Assembly: GCA_028534125.1 (NCBI GenBank)
Contig: CM052816.1
Span: 88,538,001 to 88,602,000 of the forward strand
Length of the DNA stretch: 64,000 nt
Source: Lama glama
Taxonomy: Eukaryota
Reading direction: 5' to 3'
The notes beneath the pieces are model-generated. The model was given only the letters and a program-made list of their open reading frames with translations. It made no database searches and was not told the origin of the DNA. The translations under genes and the position numbers were made by a program. Shown here piece after piece: positions 1 to 13,529 of this stretch (its first letter is position 1; each line of letters opens with the position of its first letter).

Positions 1-215
1 TGAATGAAAAAGACATTTTGGAGGAAAAGCTTAATTAAGCCTTCAGATGACACCAAGCAGTCCTACAGGCAGCTCACTGCACCTGCATTAAAGATTCTGA
101 AAGACAACTGTTTAGCTGAGTCCAGTCAGCCAGCCTGACCCTTGAGAGATAATAAATTATTTTTTAAACAGAATATTTTCAGTGATTTATTACATTCCAA
201 AAGTCATCAGCATAC
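1..215 (+). mobile_element. MaLR (MLT1-type) LTR, 3' part, possibly followed by the start of MLT1 internal sequence
   Basis: 'gagagataataaattatttttttaaac...gatttattaca...cataca' resembles the MLT1 LTR 3' end. The sequence after it (ttggaatttgggctgtggagtagatggaag) resembles the MLT-int 5' end. Confidence 0.55.
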
Positions 216-2500
216 AGATAATACATAAATCCACACGTTGGGATGCAATCTCTAAGACAATAAATGCAAGAAATAAATCTACCTACGGAATTGGAATTTG
301 GGCTGTGGAGTAGATGGAAGATGATGAGAGGAAATATAGATTGTCAATTACTATAAAAAGGTGTTTTATGACTATATTTATATGTGTTGAGGGTATCGCA
401 CACATACTGTTGCCTTTCGTACAAACACTGCACATCAGCTGTATGAAAGAGGCATGTTTACATGAGATTTTCCATTGACAGATTCAAATCATAATCTGAT
501 CTACTCAGCAGAAGCATGAAAAGTGCCCCAGAATTTGGAGAGCCTTAGTAAATGGCCCCAGTGGACCCCAAACTTCTTCCTTATACCTGCCCATTCATAA
601 ACATTTTTGGCCAGAGAACATGGCTTTTCACAATTATGATGAATTCCATCCCTGCCAGTTTTCTCCATGTGCTCATCTCTCCTGTTTAAAGTAGGTTTTT
701 TGGGTTTTCTTTTCTTTTAAACAGTGGAAAAGCAGATAATTTAAAGGGATGTGTATACACTTACAGGAAAGATTTCCTAAATTAGAATTAGCTGTTATGT
801 GCCCCCAAAACAAAGAGGAACATTTACTTGAGTTTTATAGAGAAAGAAGGAAGTTCTACATGTATATACTTTTAAGGAATTTTAAGGAAATAAGAAAGTC
901 TGAGCGAATGAAGGTGAGATTAATAAGAACAAAACTTAGAGTGGAAGGGAAAATTTTCAGAGAAGACAAAGATCTCAAAAATAATAATAAAATAAAGAAT
1001 ATGTAATTTATAATGAAGATGGAAATATTCAGTATGTCAGGGAGAAATATTAGAGAAGATGGTACAATAATACATGAATATCTTTTAAAAGTCTATCCAC
1101 TAATATGTAACATGTCAAATAAACATAACTAACATAAATTTCAAGTTCCACCTGTTTGTTATTACTGGGGAAACAAACCCAAACAAATAACCCTAACTTT
1201 TTGTGACATGATGCAATGAAAGGGCATTGTGCGTCTGATGGAAGATAGAGTAGAAAGAATCTAAGTGGAGCAGTATGTGTCATGACAATACAGGCCTACT
1301 TAGACATGCATGTGACTGACTGATGCTTGGGAAATGATACAGGGCATCAAGGTGAGAATAAGAGACGAAAAAAAAAGGAATAATACATCTAGAAAGCTGA
1401 AGAAATCATTCCTTTATTTGATGGAAGACTGAATTAACGACTAATATCTTGAATTCCTGCAATTTTTATAATGAAATGATAAATGCTTGGCAAATACATG
1501 GAAAGTTTAAGTTATAAAAAATCATTTGCATGCTAACTAAAAACCATATGCTGGTTAAAAAAAAACTAACAAATATGCAAGGTATACTTAGTTGTGATAA
1601 ATGTTTTGCGTCCCTTGATTACAATCTCAAGGGAATAATAAGTGAATAATAACAAATACATAATAAAACATGATGTGTGATTAGATGTGGTTCCTAAGCA
1701 AAAACATTTACAAAAATATTATATTTTACATTTTTAAAACTGGTTTTACTACTTTAAAATTAAAAGCTTCCCTATATTTTTCATTCGTGTAACCATTAAC
1801 AGTGTTCCTGTCTAAGTATATTTCACAATGATAATCAAGATTTCTCTACCTAATGCTGTTCCCATTACCAAATATAGTCCTTAATGTATTTTGTTATGCT
1901 TTTGGAAATCATTCATTTAAATTAGCTTCTACATATTTTAAGATATATTTAGCAAGAACATCCATTACAAAACCCTTTAAAATATAGTCTGTAACACAGA
2001 AAATGATTGTGATAATTCAGTCTCGCCAGAATACTTTTGGGAAGGAAGCTTGCTTCTACTGACCCTTACAATTCTGAGTGCCCAGGAAAGGAGCAAACCA
2101 ACCAAAATAAAGGGTAGAATCGGTGGATACACATGGACATCTAGACCTATTTATTATCTTCTTTCAGTGCTTTCTATTCTGCTGACACATGGGTTTATAA
2201 AACAAATCACAGACATCCATGAAATTAGTTGCGTCAATGTCTTTCCCTCTGGTGTCTCGCAAGATCTTGATTCAAGTCTAGAAAGTAAAGAAACTCCATA
2301 TTCGCTTTGGGGATAAACTATACTATGCTATCAAGTTTATCAGTTCACCAATATTAACCCAGGTCCTGTTCATTCCTCTTCATTTGGCTGTGTCAATTTT
2401 TCAATTTGGAAGGAAGGAAAAGAAGGACAAAGTTAATTTTCTATCTCAAAATTACCACAAAACTGAGCACTTCTGATTGGCCTGTGTGCATGGGCGTGAG

Positions 2501-2521
2501 CACACACATACACACACACAC
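2501..2521. repeat. (CA)n microsatellite
   Basis: cacacacatacacacacacac. Confidence 0.9.
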
Positions 2522-3974
2522 TTGGGTGAGGAATGTCTTTCTCCCTTAATGCCATCTGTGTCTGTAAGCCATAGTTGTGTGGCTCAGACCTGGGCCCAGC
2601 ATGAGTTAAGTCTGAAGAAGTGCTAGAGAAAGTACCAGAAAGTAAGGAGAATGAAGTAAAGGAAAAGGGGATGGTTAGAGTGACCTTGGCCTCGGCAGGA
2701 ATTATCATCCTAGTTCGTTTTTCTCTCACGATGAGTGTCATCCAGATTAGGTAGAATGTATTTTACAGGGTGAAATGTAATTTCAGGAGATGTGGCCAAC
2801 AGTCCTTTTGCAGATGCAGTTCTGTCTAATATGGGACTCATGGGACTATTTGAACGTGAAGACATTTCTGCCTGCTAAAAGAGGTTCACGAGCTCTGTCT
2901 TCTAAGGTAATGGGACTAAAGTATATGCTGCATTTTGGATTTTCTATCCTCTAAGGGTATCCAGGGTTAAAAAGCCATTCCAAACCTTGTTTAAAGTGTG
3001 AACCATATAATGAGTTGATTTTAGTATAGTTCTTTTTCTACTTTTCACTGAATGGAAAGTGTATTTAATTTGGAATGCTCCTGAACATGTTGAGGGTGAA
3101 CTCAGGAAAAGGGCCACCGCATAATGTGTGCAATGCTCACCCTTAATCACCCGAGGAAAGAAGAGGTTAAAATGGTCACAGAGGAACACACACGTTGCAT
3201 ATATTTCTGAAGCTATTTTCTGAAAACTCTATTTACAGGAAATAATTATTGTGGAGAGGTGAAGCAGACTTTCTTCCCCTGGAACAGCTGACACTTGACC
3301 GAGCAGTTAAGGGTTTGTCAGTTTTCCTTGTATGATACAACTGTGCCATCAATCTCCAGTGCCTTAGAACCATGGGACCAAATGTAAACATAAAAGGGAA
3401 TTTTTTTTATAGTTGATTTGTACTTGTTTGATTGTTTTGCTTTGTTTTGTTTTTAGGAATGCTCATAGACCAACTGATTTCAAGGACCTTTCCATACTAA
3501 AGATTTATATTCTTCTAACTATTTTGGCAAATGTAGATGATTCAATTTTTCTTTAATGATTTAAGGTATTAAGGTCCTATCTTCAGCCAGTTTTTGTTAG
3601 TAATGGCACAAATCATGACATTAGCCAATTAACCAAATAAATTACAATGAAAAAAGTAATGTGCATATAATAGGGTGATCATTCAAGAACTAAGGATTGT
3701 TATCTATCAATTGGGATTAACTAATGAGGCAAAAAAAAATGAATAATATAAATAATCTCAGATGGCTACAAAAAGGGAAAAATCTTTCTCAAAGAACTTT
3801 ATACCCTATTAGAAAATTAGAGAGAAATATGATAAACAGGTTATATAGGATTATATCCTTATAATTACATGATTCTGATTTACTCTTGTAATAAGGTAAA
3901 CTTACTTTATGAGTGAAAAAGTATAAAAATGTTTTTTTTTTCTTCCTAGGATGCAGCAGAAAACTTCCCATATA

Positions 3975-4838
3975 CAGGAATTTGCAAGCATTCTTTTCTT
4001 GATCAAAATCTAGGCAAGCTTCTCGCAGCCCTCATCTTGACTAGGTCTCAGCGTGGCTTATAAAGATGTAAACAAACTCTAACCTAGTTTCTACCGGCTC
4101 ACGTTTGTATCCCTAGGAAGACACTAGGCTGCCTGAGAAGATTAAAGGCTGCCAAAATAATGTACTGCTTGTTGCAGCCAACATCTGACGATAAGGACCT
4201 CTGTCTCCCAGTCCTGATGGGTGTGAACTGACTTCAGTAAGCGACAATTACCAAACCCAGGTGGGTTTCACATGGACCAAGCCCTCCTTGCTGCTTTTTG
4301 TAATTTTTTCCCTTTCCAGATTCTGTTCAAGGTCTTGCTGTCTCCCACCCACTGCCTCATTCTCAATTAGTCAGTGCTATAATTAGTGCTATAATGTAAC
4401 ATTGTGTAAGTTTAAGTTGTACAACCTGTTGATTTGATACACTTTACATATAGCAATATGATTACCACTGTACAGTTAGCTAATATGTCTATTATATCAC
4501 ATGATTGTCATTTATATTTTCATAGGAAGAACATTTAAGATCTAGTCTCTTAGCAATTTTGAAGTATATAGCACAATATTGTTGACTGTAATCACTATTT
4601 TGTACATCAGATCTGAAGAGCTTATTCATCTACTAATTGTAAGTTTGTATCTTTTAACATCTCCCCAGTTCCCTCACTCTCCAGGTAAGTCCTGAAAACC
4701 ACCATTTCACTCTTCTTCGCTCTCATCAATCTACTCTGCACAAATCGCAGTGGAGCTCAGCTCTTTCCCCTACTGTCAATATGAATAAAATCTGCTTATA
4801 CCCCTTTAGCTAATGTCCAGCTGTGTTTGTCTTTGACA
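3975..4838 (+). mobile_element. ERV1-class solo LTR (MER72/MER87-like), interrupted by an L1 fragment
   Basis: Ends in 'gaataaaatctgc...ccagctgtgtttgtctttgaca' (polyA signal plus terminal CA). The 5' part 'cttgatcaaaatctaggcaagcttctc' is typical of this LTR group. The 5' boundary is approximate. Confidence 0.6.
4365..4715 (-). mobile_element. L1 3' end (L1MA9-like) inserted in the LTR
   Basis: 'acattgtgtaagtttaagttgtacaac...aacatttaagatctagtctcttagcaattttgaagtata...aaccaccatt' matches the reverse strand of an L1MA 3'UTR. Confidence 0.85.
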
Positions 4839-5122
4839 GTATCCATTATCCAGAACCCTTCATAACACACAGAAAATAAAAGAATGAGCAATCTTTCCAA
4901 GACCTATAGTGAATGGTCAGATTTCACCACCCTTCCAGCTTTGATGCCGTCAGTCACCAAGAAGCATTGTCATCACAACCTGCAAATGCTGTTGCTTCTG
5001 GCTCACACAGCAAGTCACTCTCATGTTAAACTGCTATAATACATGTTAACATGGCATTTTACAGCTGGTTTCAAATGTTTTTAAGTGCTGAATTAAGTGA
5101 ATCCAATTTTAGAACTCTATTT

Positions 5123-5480
5123 TGTATAGTACAGACTCCTTTTATAAACCAACCGTTAGGTGGTTCTACCATGAAAAATTATTCACTGCTCTTCCCTACT
5201 CCAGTAGTTTCATGATTGTCATGTAACTTACTTTAGCCAATTAACTGTGGGCAGAAACATGACATTTCTGAACAGAAACTTTGAGAGTCAGAGCACAGTT
5301 TGTCTTATTTTCTCTGTAGTTCGGCAGTCCCATGAGCATGGGTTCTTAAGGGAAGACAAGATGCAACTGACTTGGGGTAGATGATTGGATAGGTGAGAAA
5401 TACACTTTCGTTTTGTAAGCCAAACAGATTTGGAAGCTGTTTATTATACTGGCATAACCCAGCCTATCCCAACCAATGCA
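5123..5480 (+). mobile_element. MaLR solo LTR (MLT1J/MLT1I-like)
   Basis: Contains 'catgtaacttactttagccaat...gtgggcagaa' and the terminus 'tgtaagcca..agatttggaagctgtttattatactggcataacccagcctatcccaaccaatgca'. Confidence 0.75.
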
Positions 5481-5699
5481 CCAGGTAAATGGATGGGTTA
5501 GAGTAATGAGTATCCTTGCCTGAGCACAGGAAGTCCTTCAAGGACAATATGGACATACACATTACAGATGAGCTCTGGGATAGCCATAAGAAAGTATTGT
5601 TACTAGATTCATTACAGTTAAATCAATAAAACAAAAAGACATTAAATCTGTCTCCCTATTTATTTAATTCATCTTAGTTGTATTGTATTTTGGTTCTTG

Positions 5700-7160
5700 T
5701 TATTTTTTAATTCAACATGTGTTTAAATGTATTTTATTTAGTCCTATTTATACAAATTCAATCCGATTCCCCTTGCTGGATATAACATTTTTTTCCTAGT
5801 ATGATGGTCATCCTTCTCGACAACTTTACATATATTTACATATATATGAACGTATGATGATATATTGTTTTTAATAAAATAAAAAAATTGCTGAGTTTAT
5901 GAAATTTTCTGTATAAATACATATATATCTGTGGGATTCATTTTTAACTACTACTAAATAGAAATTATACTTGTATTATTTAATTGTACATATTGATGAA
6001 CTTCTATTTTTTTCTTATTATTCACTATTCTAATCAAAATTACAATGAGTATTCTTAAACTTTCTATGCCTGATGCATGTGTATATGACATGAATTAGTA
6101 ACAGAATTGCCTGTTAATTTTTCCATTATTTTTGGCTTACACTTTTGTAATATATGTATTATGGTTTACACTTCCACAAGCAAAGAAGAACACCACTTAT
6201 TTTACAGATATTTTTGCCAACATGTATTACTTTAATATCTTTAAATTATTTTACTAAATGGAATGGTAAAGCTTGATATCTTATTGTTTTTATTTGCATT
6301 GTTCCAATGACTAGTGATTTTTTGAGAATTTCTTAATAGAGTCCTTGGCATTGGATTTCTATTGTGATTTTCCTGAATTTATTACTTGCATGTTTTTCTC
6401 TTGAGTGTTCTCTTGTCTTTTGTTATTGTTTACAATTTATTTGTGGGCAAACTCTGGTGAAGATCAATGATTACTCTTCTGATTCGTGGCAAATTACTTT
6501 TACAGATCACTGTAAGAGTCCTTTTCTGTTTTCTTTGTTCTGCTTGGCCTTCATACTACTGTTTGAGATATTATTGAATATGTATGTGTCCTCATAAAAT
6601 AAACAGCATTGTTTTGAGTGTTTCTGTGCCCTAATAAACATAAATTATATGGTTCTATAAGTCCTGTCTCTTTCATATTTCATCGAGAATTACATTTAAA
6701 AAGTGTGTGGTCCTGTATGCACCTCTAGCTTATGTTTTATAAGTGCTGTATAATTCTAGGATATACACCTGCCATTCGTTTGTTCTTATAAGCCAATTTT
6801 CTCTGCTATCCTTGTACATAATATATACATGGGCCAGAGTGTAAGTTTCTCCAGAGTGAATACACAAGAATAGAATATCTGGGTTTTAAGGTAGATACAG
6901 ACAGAAATTCATTCATTACTGTCATACTGCTTTCCAGAGAGATCACAGTTTATGCTTCAACTAGAGTGCCTAGTTGACTCAATTTTCTGACATACTTATT
7001 AATAATTTACATTATTTGACTCTGCCAACATTTCCACATTTTATATTAACTGTTGTATCAGTCTATGGTATTATGCACTAACTTATGCTCTTTTTTCCTT
7101 GCTATTTACATGGCATTTTTTTGCCAGACTTTTTTTTTCTTTTTTCTATTCATGATTTCT
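5700..7160 (-). mobile_element. Ancient L1 (L1ME-like) fragments
   Basis: T-rich sequence with L1 antisense motifs such as 'tatcttattgtttttatttgcattgttccaatgactagtga' and 'gaatagaatatctgggttttaaggtag'. Boundaries are approximate. Confidence 0.6.
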
Positions 7161-8841
7161 CTAAAAAGAAATTTATTCTTCAAACACATTCTGGGCCTCC
7201 TTCCACACCCACCTTTTTCTATTCTTAACCTAGAAAAGTAGAGTAACTTACTTAATTAAATTTGGGGAAAAATAACAGGGGACAGAATTTACTCTGTTCC
7301 TTCAGGAGATCTGAGTGCATCAGGTCCGAGCAGAAGAGAAGTGTTGCAGGGGAAGTTCTGCACTGTGCTCTGAGTATCAAACTGATGTTTCTAACCTCAC
7401 CTATGACTCTGCAGTTTTATATTTCAGATTGTGTAGGGAAGATGGGTGCTAACAGCTGGACATCCTGAGTGTCCTCCACAACAGGACTAAGAATAATAAT
7501 AAGAAAAAAAAACAAAAACAGAATTCAGGAAAGCACAACATTTATATGGGGAGAATTTGCTGGAGACTGAAGAATGGTATCGATGTTAGCACCTTATTTT
7601 TTGACAGATATATATATTTTTTTCCTTAGGTGTTCTGAGAAGCTTGTTTTAGACTAAGAGAGTTCTTACGTTTGTGATTTTTTTTTCAGTACTAGAGTGA
7701 AGGTCTTTAATCTGACTACAGGGTGTTTTGATCTTGGTGGCTCATTACAGATCAAAGAAGATTCGTCTACAAATGATTATCTCTTTATAGAGAGGCAGAA
7801 ACATAAATTAAGGCTCAAAGACCCGAGGGATCTTAGCAAGGCAAATGTCCCCAACGGCAGAAAGGATCTCAGGGTACAGCCTGTCACAACTTTTTATTCA
7901 GGCCCAACTTCTCCTAAACACGCTCAGTTGAAGCAAAACTTTATTGTATCAAAGAGTCCTTGTGTATCCTTTAAATATCAGTGGGCAGAATGACATGAGA
8001 TGCTTTTCAATTGCAAAGCATCTAATTTTCACCTGTCACAGAGCAAAAGTGAAATCCTTACTTGTAAGGAAGTAAAATTTTACTTATTTTATATTTTTAA
8101 AAGATACATTTTAAGTAAAATATACATGGCAAACTAAGAAAAAGTATCATGCTAAACTGCTATTAAAGAGAACATGAGAAAAAAGATTTTATTATTACAT
8201 GGAAACTGCTCTTAAAGGCAGGTAAAAGCTATAACAAGTGGTTATAAAAATCTATATACATTTAAGATGAGGGTTGGTATAAAATAATTAAAGCATTAGG
8301 TCAGGAGATAGAGTTACTGCAGGTGTACATACTGATGTATGGCTGGGGATTGAGTAATGTCGGAAGAATTACAGAAATAAGCCTTACAAAGGCACAAGTA
8401 GATGAAAGATACTAAAGAGGTACAGGCAAAATAATTGTCTGTTAAGTGTAAGCCTAGCTAGACTAATGGAAAAATATTTTGTTAGTGGAATTATTAAGTA
8501 AGAAAGAAAAAGAAGTTAGACAAGATTTTTTAAATAATAGATACTTCAAAGAGAAACACAAGCATTTGATTTCGTACCTTTATATTGAGAAGCACCAAAA
8601 TATCAAAAGTGTAAGTGAATGCTGGAGAAACAAATGTCTCGATCAGATAAAAAAGAAAAGATAAAAAGAGGAAGTTATTCAAGTCCAGTAACCTATGCGA
8701 ATCCTGGGACTCAAACTTCAGAAACATCCATCACAGCTTCAGCTCAGGAATCTACTGAGGGCAATTCCACAGTAGAAATAAATGTGAGAAGAAACTTCTT
8801 TGCTTTGCAGATGTAGAAATTCTATAACAAAAGGCAGTGGA

Positions 8842-9228
8842 CAGTTCACATAAATGGAATCACATAATATGTGGCTGTTTTGTGACTGACTTCTTTCACT
8901 TAGGCTAATGCTTCCAAGGTTCAACCATACTGTAGCATAAATCAGTACTTCATTCTTTTTTATGTGAAACGTCCAGAACAGACAAATCAATAGAGACAGA
9001 AGGCAGATTAGTGGTTGCCTAGGACTAGGGGTGGGCAGGCTCGAGGGGACATGGAGAATGACTGCTACAAGAGAAGGGGTGCTTTAAAGGAGGATAATGC
9101 AAAGTTTCTAGAACTGATTGTGGTGATCCTGGCACAGTTCCATGAATATACTAAAACCACGGGACTGTACACTTTAAATTGGTGAACTGTAAATTACAGT
9201 TCAATAAAGATTTCACACACACACACAG
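8842..9228 (+). mobile_element. 5'-inverted L1MB 3' end with TSDs
   Basis: ~8845-8957 is antisense L1 and ~8958-9210 is the sense L1MB 3'UTR, ending in aataaag plus a (CA)n tail. TSD aaaggcagtgga (8830-8841) / aaaggcggtgga (9229-9240). Confidence 0.85.
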
Positions 9229-10962
9229 AAAGGCGGTGGAAACATCTCCGGGGGCACAGACTCAACTGTGATTTCTGAAGAGATGGTGAAGGGAAAGTCA
9301 CCAAGTGGACCTAGAGTGAAACCGCTCTAAGTCCTCGAAACTTAAGGCATGAGAGGAAACGGAAATTATGAAGTTTTGATAATGAAAGCTAGTAAAGAAG
9401 CGTCCCTCAAGAGTAACTGGTGACAATACCAATCCAAAAGCTTTGCTAGATGGCACGTCTCCTACTCAACACTAAGAGGAAACGTAGTTTGCTTAGACCA
9501 GTTATTTTTTTCCCACCAATGAGGAAAATGCACAGTGCCCAAAATTAACTTCTTGTCAGATATATTTTCTATTTGAGCCGAATTTCACAGGATATGAATT
9601 ATGGACCATTGAACCAGCCTGCTTCCTCTCTAACCCCACCAAGTTCTGGCTACTGTCTTTGACAACATTTATTTAGCTACTGTGGAGTTAGAGATTGGTT
9701 CCGTCTCTCTCTTTCTCTCCCCCAACTCCCCCTGCTCAGTGAGTATGGAAATTAAATTTTAATTACCGCATAGAAATTTGATTATAGAAGGAGTTTGCAT
9801 TGAGGCATTTCCATGTTATGTACACACATAGGACTGGCTTTATGCATTTTATTTTAATGTCCTCACTTCACTATGTTGCAGACCCTCTGATATTGTTATT
9901 TGGCAAAGGACACACACAATGTGCAATGGAGGGGAGCTTTTAGTCCTGGCTTCAGAGTGTTTTAGAGTTGATTTCATCAATGCTCTGACTACTTCAGAGA
10001 CCTCAGACAACAAAATACAAATCCTCCATGGTCCTCGGTTTCTCTGAAAGTCATAGCCTTTGGTGTCTGGAGAGCAAATTCTTGAAAGTGGAGCCTGGAC
10101 AGGCTTCTGATGTCCTCTTTTGTGTAAAACAGCCCATTCTTGCTAGATTTAAAGGTTAAAGTGAATACCAAGAAAATAAGAGTAAAATAAAAGGTCTTTC
10201 TCCCTTTATTGCTTTAAATTCAAATGCATTTTTCCAAAGTACTGTCCTAACTAAACTCTATTATGACTTTATTTACTTTGTACTTGAAAGGTGAAATTTT
10301 ATCCAATTGAAAAATTCAGAAAGAACAACAGAACATCCTCAACATGGTGTCAATTTATGTCCTCTTGAGAAAGCATTGGTCACAGTAGGTACAGGTTCTA
10401 TAATGTTTTCAATACTCTCCATTTTGGGGTAAGATAAGCCCCAAAGCATTACCCACAATGACTGAATAGATAAGGTCACCTAAACGTGGTACTGAATACC
10501 ATTAAGGTCACCTTGAATATGGACCTAAAACTTTCATATTTTCTATCAGCAATAAGGTTGATAGTTTGTTCCTCTTTCTGTTTTTAAAATTTATGTCTCC
10601 AGAACCCAGGAAGAAAAGGTGCATGCACTTACTGAGCTTGAGCCCATCCCTTGAAAACACAATGCTCATCACGTAAAGGTGATATATTATATATAATATA
10701 GCTATAGTTTGAATTCCACATAAATTAAATTACTGTTTTTTTGTCTTTCCTACTTATTGTTAATTTCTTATTCTACTTTGTCACGGTTCCTTATTTTTGC
10801 TGCATCAAGTAGGTTGACTTATTTACGTCTTTGCCATTTTCAACAATTTTCTGTATTTTTTCATTTTTTATGATGATAATCTTCCCTTTTTTGCATTCAG
10901 TATAATCTAATGATGATTTATCATCCATTCTTTGAAAACAATTTATCAAAATTTCTGCTACA

Positions 10963-11115
10963 CAGATATTAACTCCATATTCAATACCTTTAACCTATAA
11001 TGAAAAAATATAAAAACAAATATGTATGTATATGTATAATTGAAATATTATGCTGTACACCAGAAATTGACACATTGTAAACTGACTATACTTCAATAAA
11101 AAAAGAATGAATAAA
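10963..11115 (+). mobile_element. Short 5'-truncated camelid/artiodactyl L1 3' end
   Basis: 'tatgctgtacaccagaaattgacacattgtaaactgactatacttcaataaaaaaa' with an A-rich tail. Degenerate TSD aaaatttctgctaca (10948-10962) / aaactttctactaca (11116-11130). Confidence 0.85.
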
Positions 11116-11943
11116 AAACTTTCTACTACAAATTACTAATGTGTTTCAATGCCTCTACCCACTTCTTTTAAAATTTTTCTATATATAAGTTATATTTACT
11201 TTTAGTTCCAAAAAGACTAATGTTCACTTCATACTCACATTATCTAGTCCTCATGCCCTCTCTCAATTAAAGAACAATATCTACTAAGAGAAAACTTTAC
11301 TTCATCTGGTAGAATCCAAGTAATAATCAACAAATGAGCTAATTTGTGCTTTATCACAACAATAAGTTGTACAATCATCAAAATGAATACACACAGTGGA
11401 AGTCATGATTTTTCCATAAAACTTTTAGAATACATTTACAAATTCCTATGAAAGAGACTTTTAGAATTCTGACCAATATTGCATTAAATAGTCTATAAAA
11501 AATTTATGAGAATATCCTTAACAATATTCAGTAATTCAACTATTTACATGTCATATATCTCCAACAGGTTAAGTTTTTTTCTTTAATTCTCTTAGGAATA
11601 TTTGCAGTTTACAGTATAGAGAACTTAAATATTTTTGTTACATCTACTCCAAACTATTTTATGGTAGTTTATATATAATTTGTCTATTTTATTTTCCTGG
11701 ATGTTTGTTATTGTATTTCAAAATACACTAATACTAATTTTTTCTATGTTGACACACATACTGAAAAGTTACTCAGTTTATTCAGGCTAGTAGTTATTCT
11801 GCATATTCTTTAGTATTTTATGTTAAGAGACAACTTATCCTTGAGTAGAAATAGTTTTACTTCTGTTCTGATTTTATACACTTACTCTCTTTTTTGTGTT
11901 ATTGCCCTTTTTACTTTACACATTTATTTCTCTTAAATAACTT

Positions 11944-12097
11944 TTTAAAATATTTTATCTATTGTATTAGTTAATTATTTTATTTTAGGGTGTAGGTAAT
12001 TAGGTTTTATTTATTTTTAGAGGAGGTACTGGGGACTGAACCCGGGATCTCATGCATGCTAAGGATGCGCTCTACCATTTGAGCTATATCCTCCACC
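11944..12097 (-). mobile_element. tRNA-derived SINE (camelid Vic-1-type)
   Basis: Reverse complement reads ggtggaggatatagctcaaatggtagagcgcatccttagcatgcatgagatcccgggttcagtccccagtacctcc, with A box, B box and an A-rich tail. 16-bp TSD ttctcttaaataactt (11928-11943) / ttctcttaaatatctt (12098-12113). Confidence 0.9.
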
Positions 12098-12587
12098 TTC
12101 TCTTAAATATCTTAAAGTCTAGTTCATAGTGCAATATTAAAAATAGTAGTGACAATAAAGACTGGAAATAATTACCTTTTTTCCTTGTTTACCAGGAAAT
12201 TGTTTACTATTTCACCATTAATACAAGGCTATATGTAGCATTTTCATGTATAATCATGTATAATAATTTGAGGATATTCACTTTAATCCCCAGTTTCCTG
12301 AGACTTGTTATTGAGCTGCTTTGAATTGTATCAAACTTTAAATATCTATTTAAGGATCATGTGTTTTATAATGTGTTAATATAGAAATTGATTTGATTCA
12401 TTTTCCAAAGGTTAAATTAAATTTGTATTTCTGGAACAAACTTGACTTAGTCATGATGTATTAAACATTTTATGTATTACTGGATTCAATATTTTAGGTA
12501 TCACTGGATTTAATATGCTACACTAATAATTTAAATATATAATTTAATATGAATGCATCTGTTATGTTTATAAGGGATATTAGTAAT

Positions 12588-12728
12588 TATATGTATGTAT
12601 GTATATATACAATGTATACATAGCTTTACATTTTACATATATGCATATATATGCTATATAATGTGTATATATATATATACACACACACACATATATATAC
12701 ACACACACACAAACATACACACATATAT
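12588..12728. repeat. (TA)n/(CA)n compound simple repeat
   Basis: Runs such as tatgtatgtatgtatatatac and tatatatatatacacacacacac. Confidence 0.85.
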
Positions 12729-13529
12729 TTTTCATTGAGGGAATGTCTTAGACTAAATATTAAACTTATTTGATAGTTACTGAGTTATTAATATTTTTTA
12801 TTTTTCCTTTGGTCAGTGCTTTTCAATTATAATTATTATTATATTATTATAATTAATAATTTGCATATAATGAATAAAGTATTGTTCATACTTTCCCATT
12901 ACAATGTGTTTAATCTCTAAAAATACGTAGTCTCTTTCATTCTTAATGGTAATTTGTATTTTCTCTATTTTTTTCTTAATCAGCCCTGCTAAGATATATC
13001 AATTCTATTATCCATTTATGTTTCACTCTAAATGGCACAGTGAATCCATAGTCTTCAGATAGTTATTGTTGTAAAAGCATGATCCTTCTGGGGTTTGGAT
13101 GGAGTGATTGGAGTATTTTCCAAGGCTTTTTAACTCAAGATTATTTGATTCCCAAATTCTGTTTTCAGTAGCTGAGATCTCTGCTCACCTTTCTTCATCT
13201 TTTAGCTATTACTTTTTACCTAGAGGCATAAAGTCTGCCCTGTGAATGTGGATTTCAACCTGACTTCTATCAAATCTATACCATATATACTGGTTATTCC
13301 TTAGAGGATTAAAAAAAATTAATATAGATTTCACCCAATGATATTTCTTTATTTTGAGTCAAATTCTCTCCAGTTTCTGCCTGCTTTTTTGTAGTACTCC
13401 AGAACCTTTAATTTTTTGTATGTAATAGTTTATTTGTGTACTTATTTATTTATGTATTGGAGAGTAAGCCCAGGATGTGCAACGCTACCATTATCAGAAC
13501 CAGAATTCACTGGATGTAACCTTTGGTAT

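Larger units (their letters stand above)
11395..13510 (-). mobile_element. Old L1 (L1M) ORF2 and upstream fragments, interrupted by a SINE and a simple repeat
   Basis: Antisense ORF2 motifs include 'aatattgcattaaat', 'tttactatttcaccatta' and 'ttgacttagtcatgatgtatta...tactggattcaat'. Confidence 0.7.

Noticed and set aside
2590..2745. Exon-like purine-rich stretch (KSEEVLEKVPESKENEVKEK)
   Set aside because: No convincing splice acceptor, an in-frame stop follows, and no homology is recognised.
8479..8816. Purine-rich ORFs suggesting a processed pseudogene
   Set aside because: No recognisable protein similarity, polyA tail or TSD.
12020..12097. tRNA-Ala-like sequence on the minus strand
   Set aside because: It has a SINE tail and TSD and the stems are degenerate, so it is a SINE head rather than a tRNA gene.
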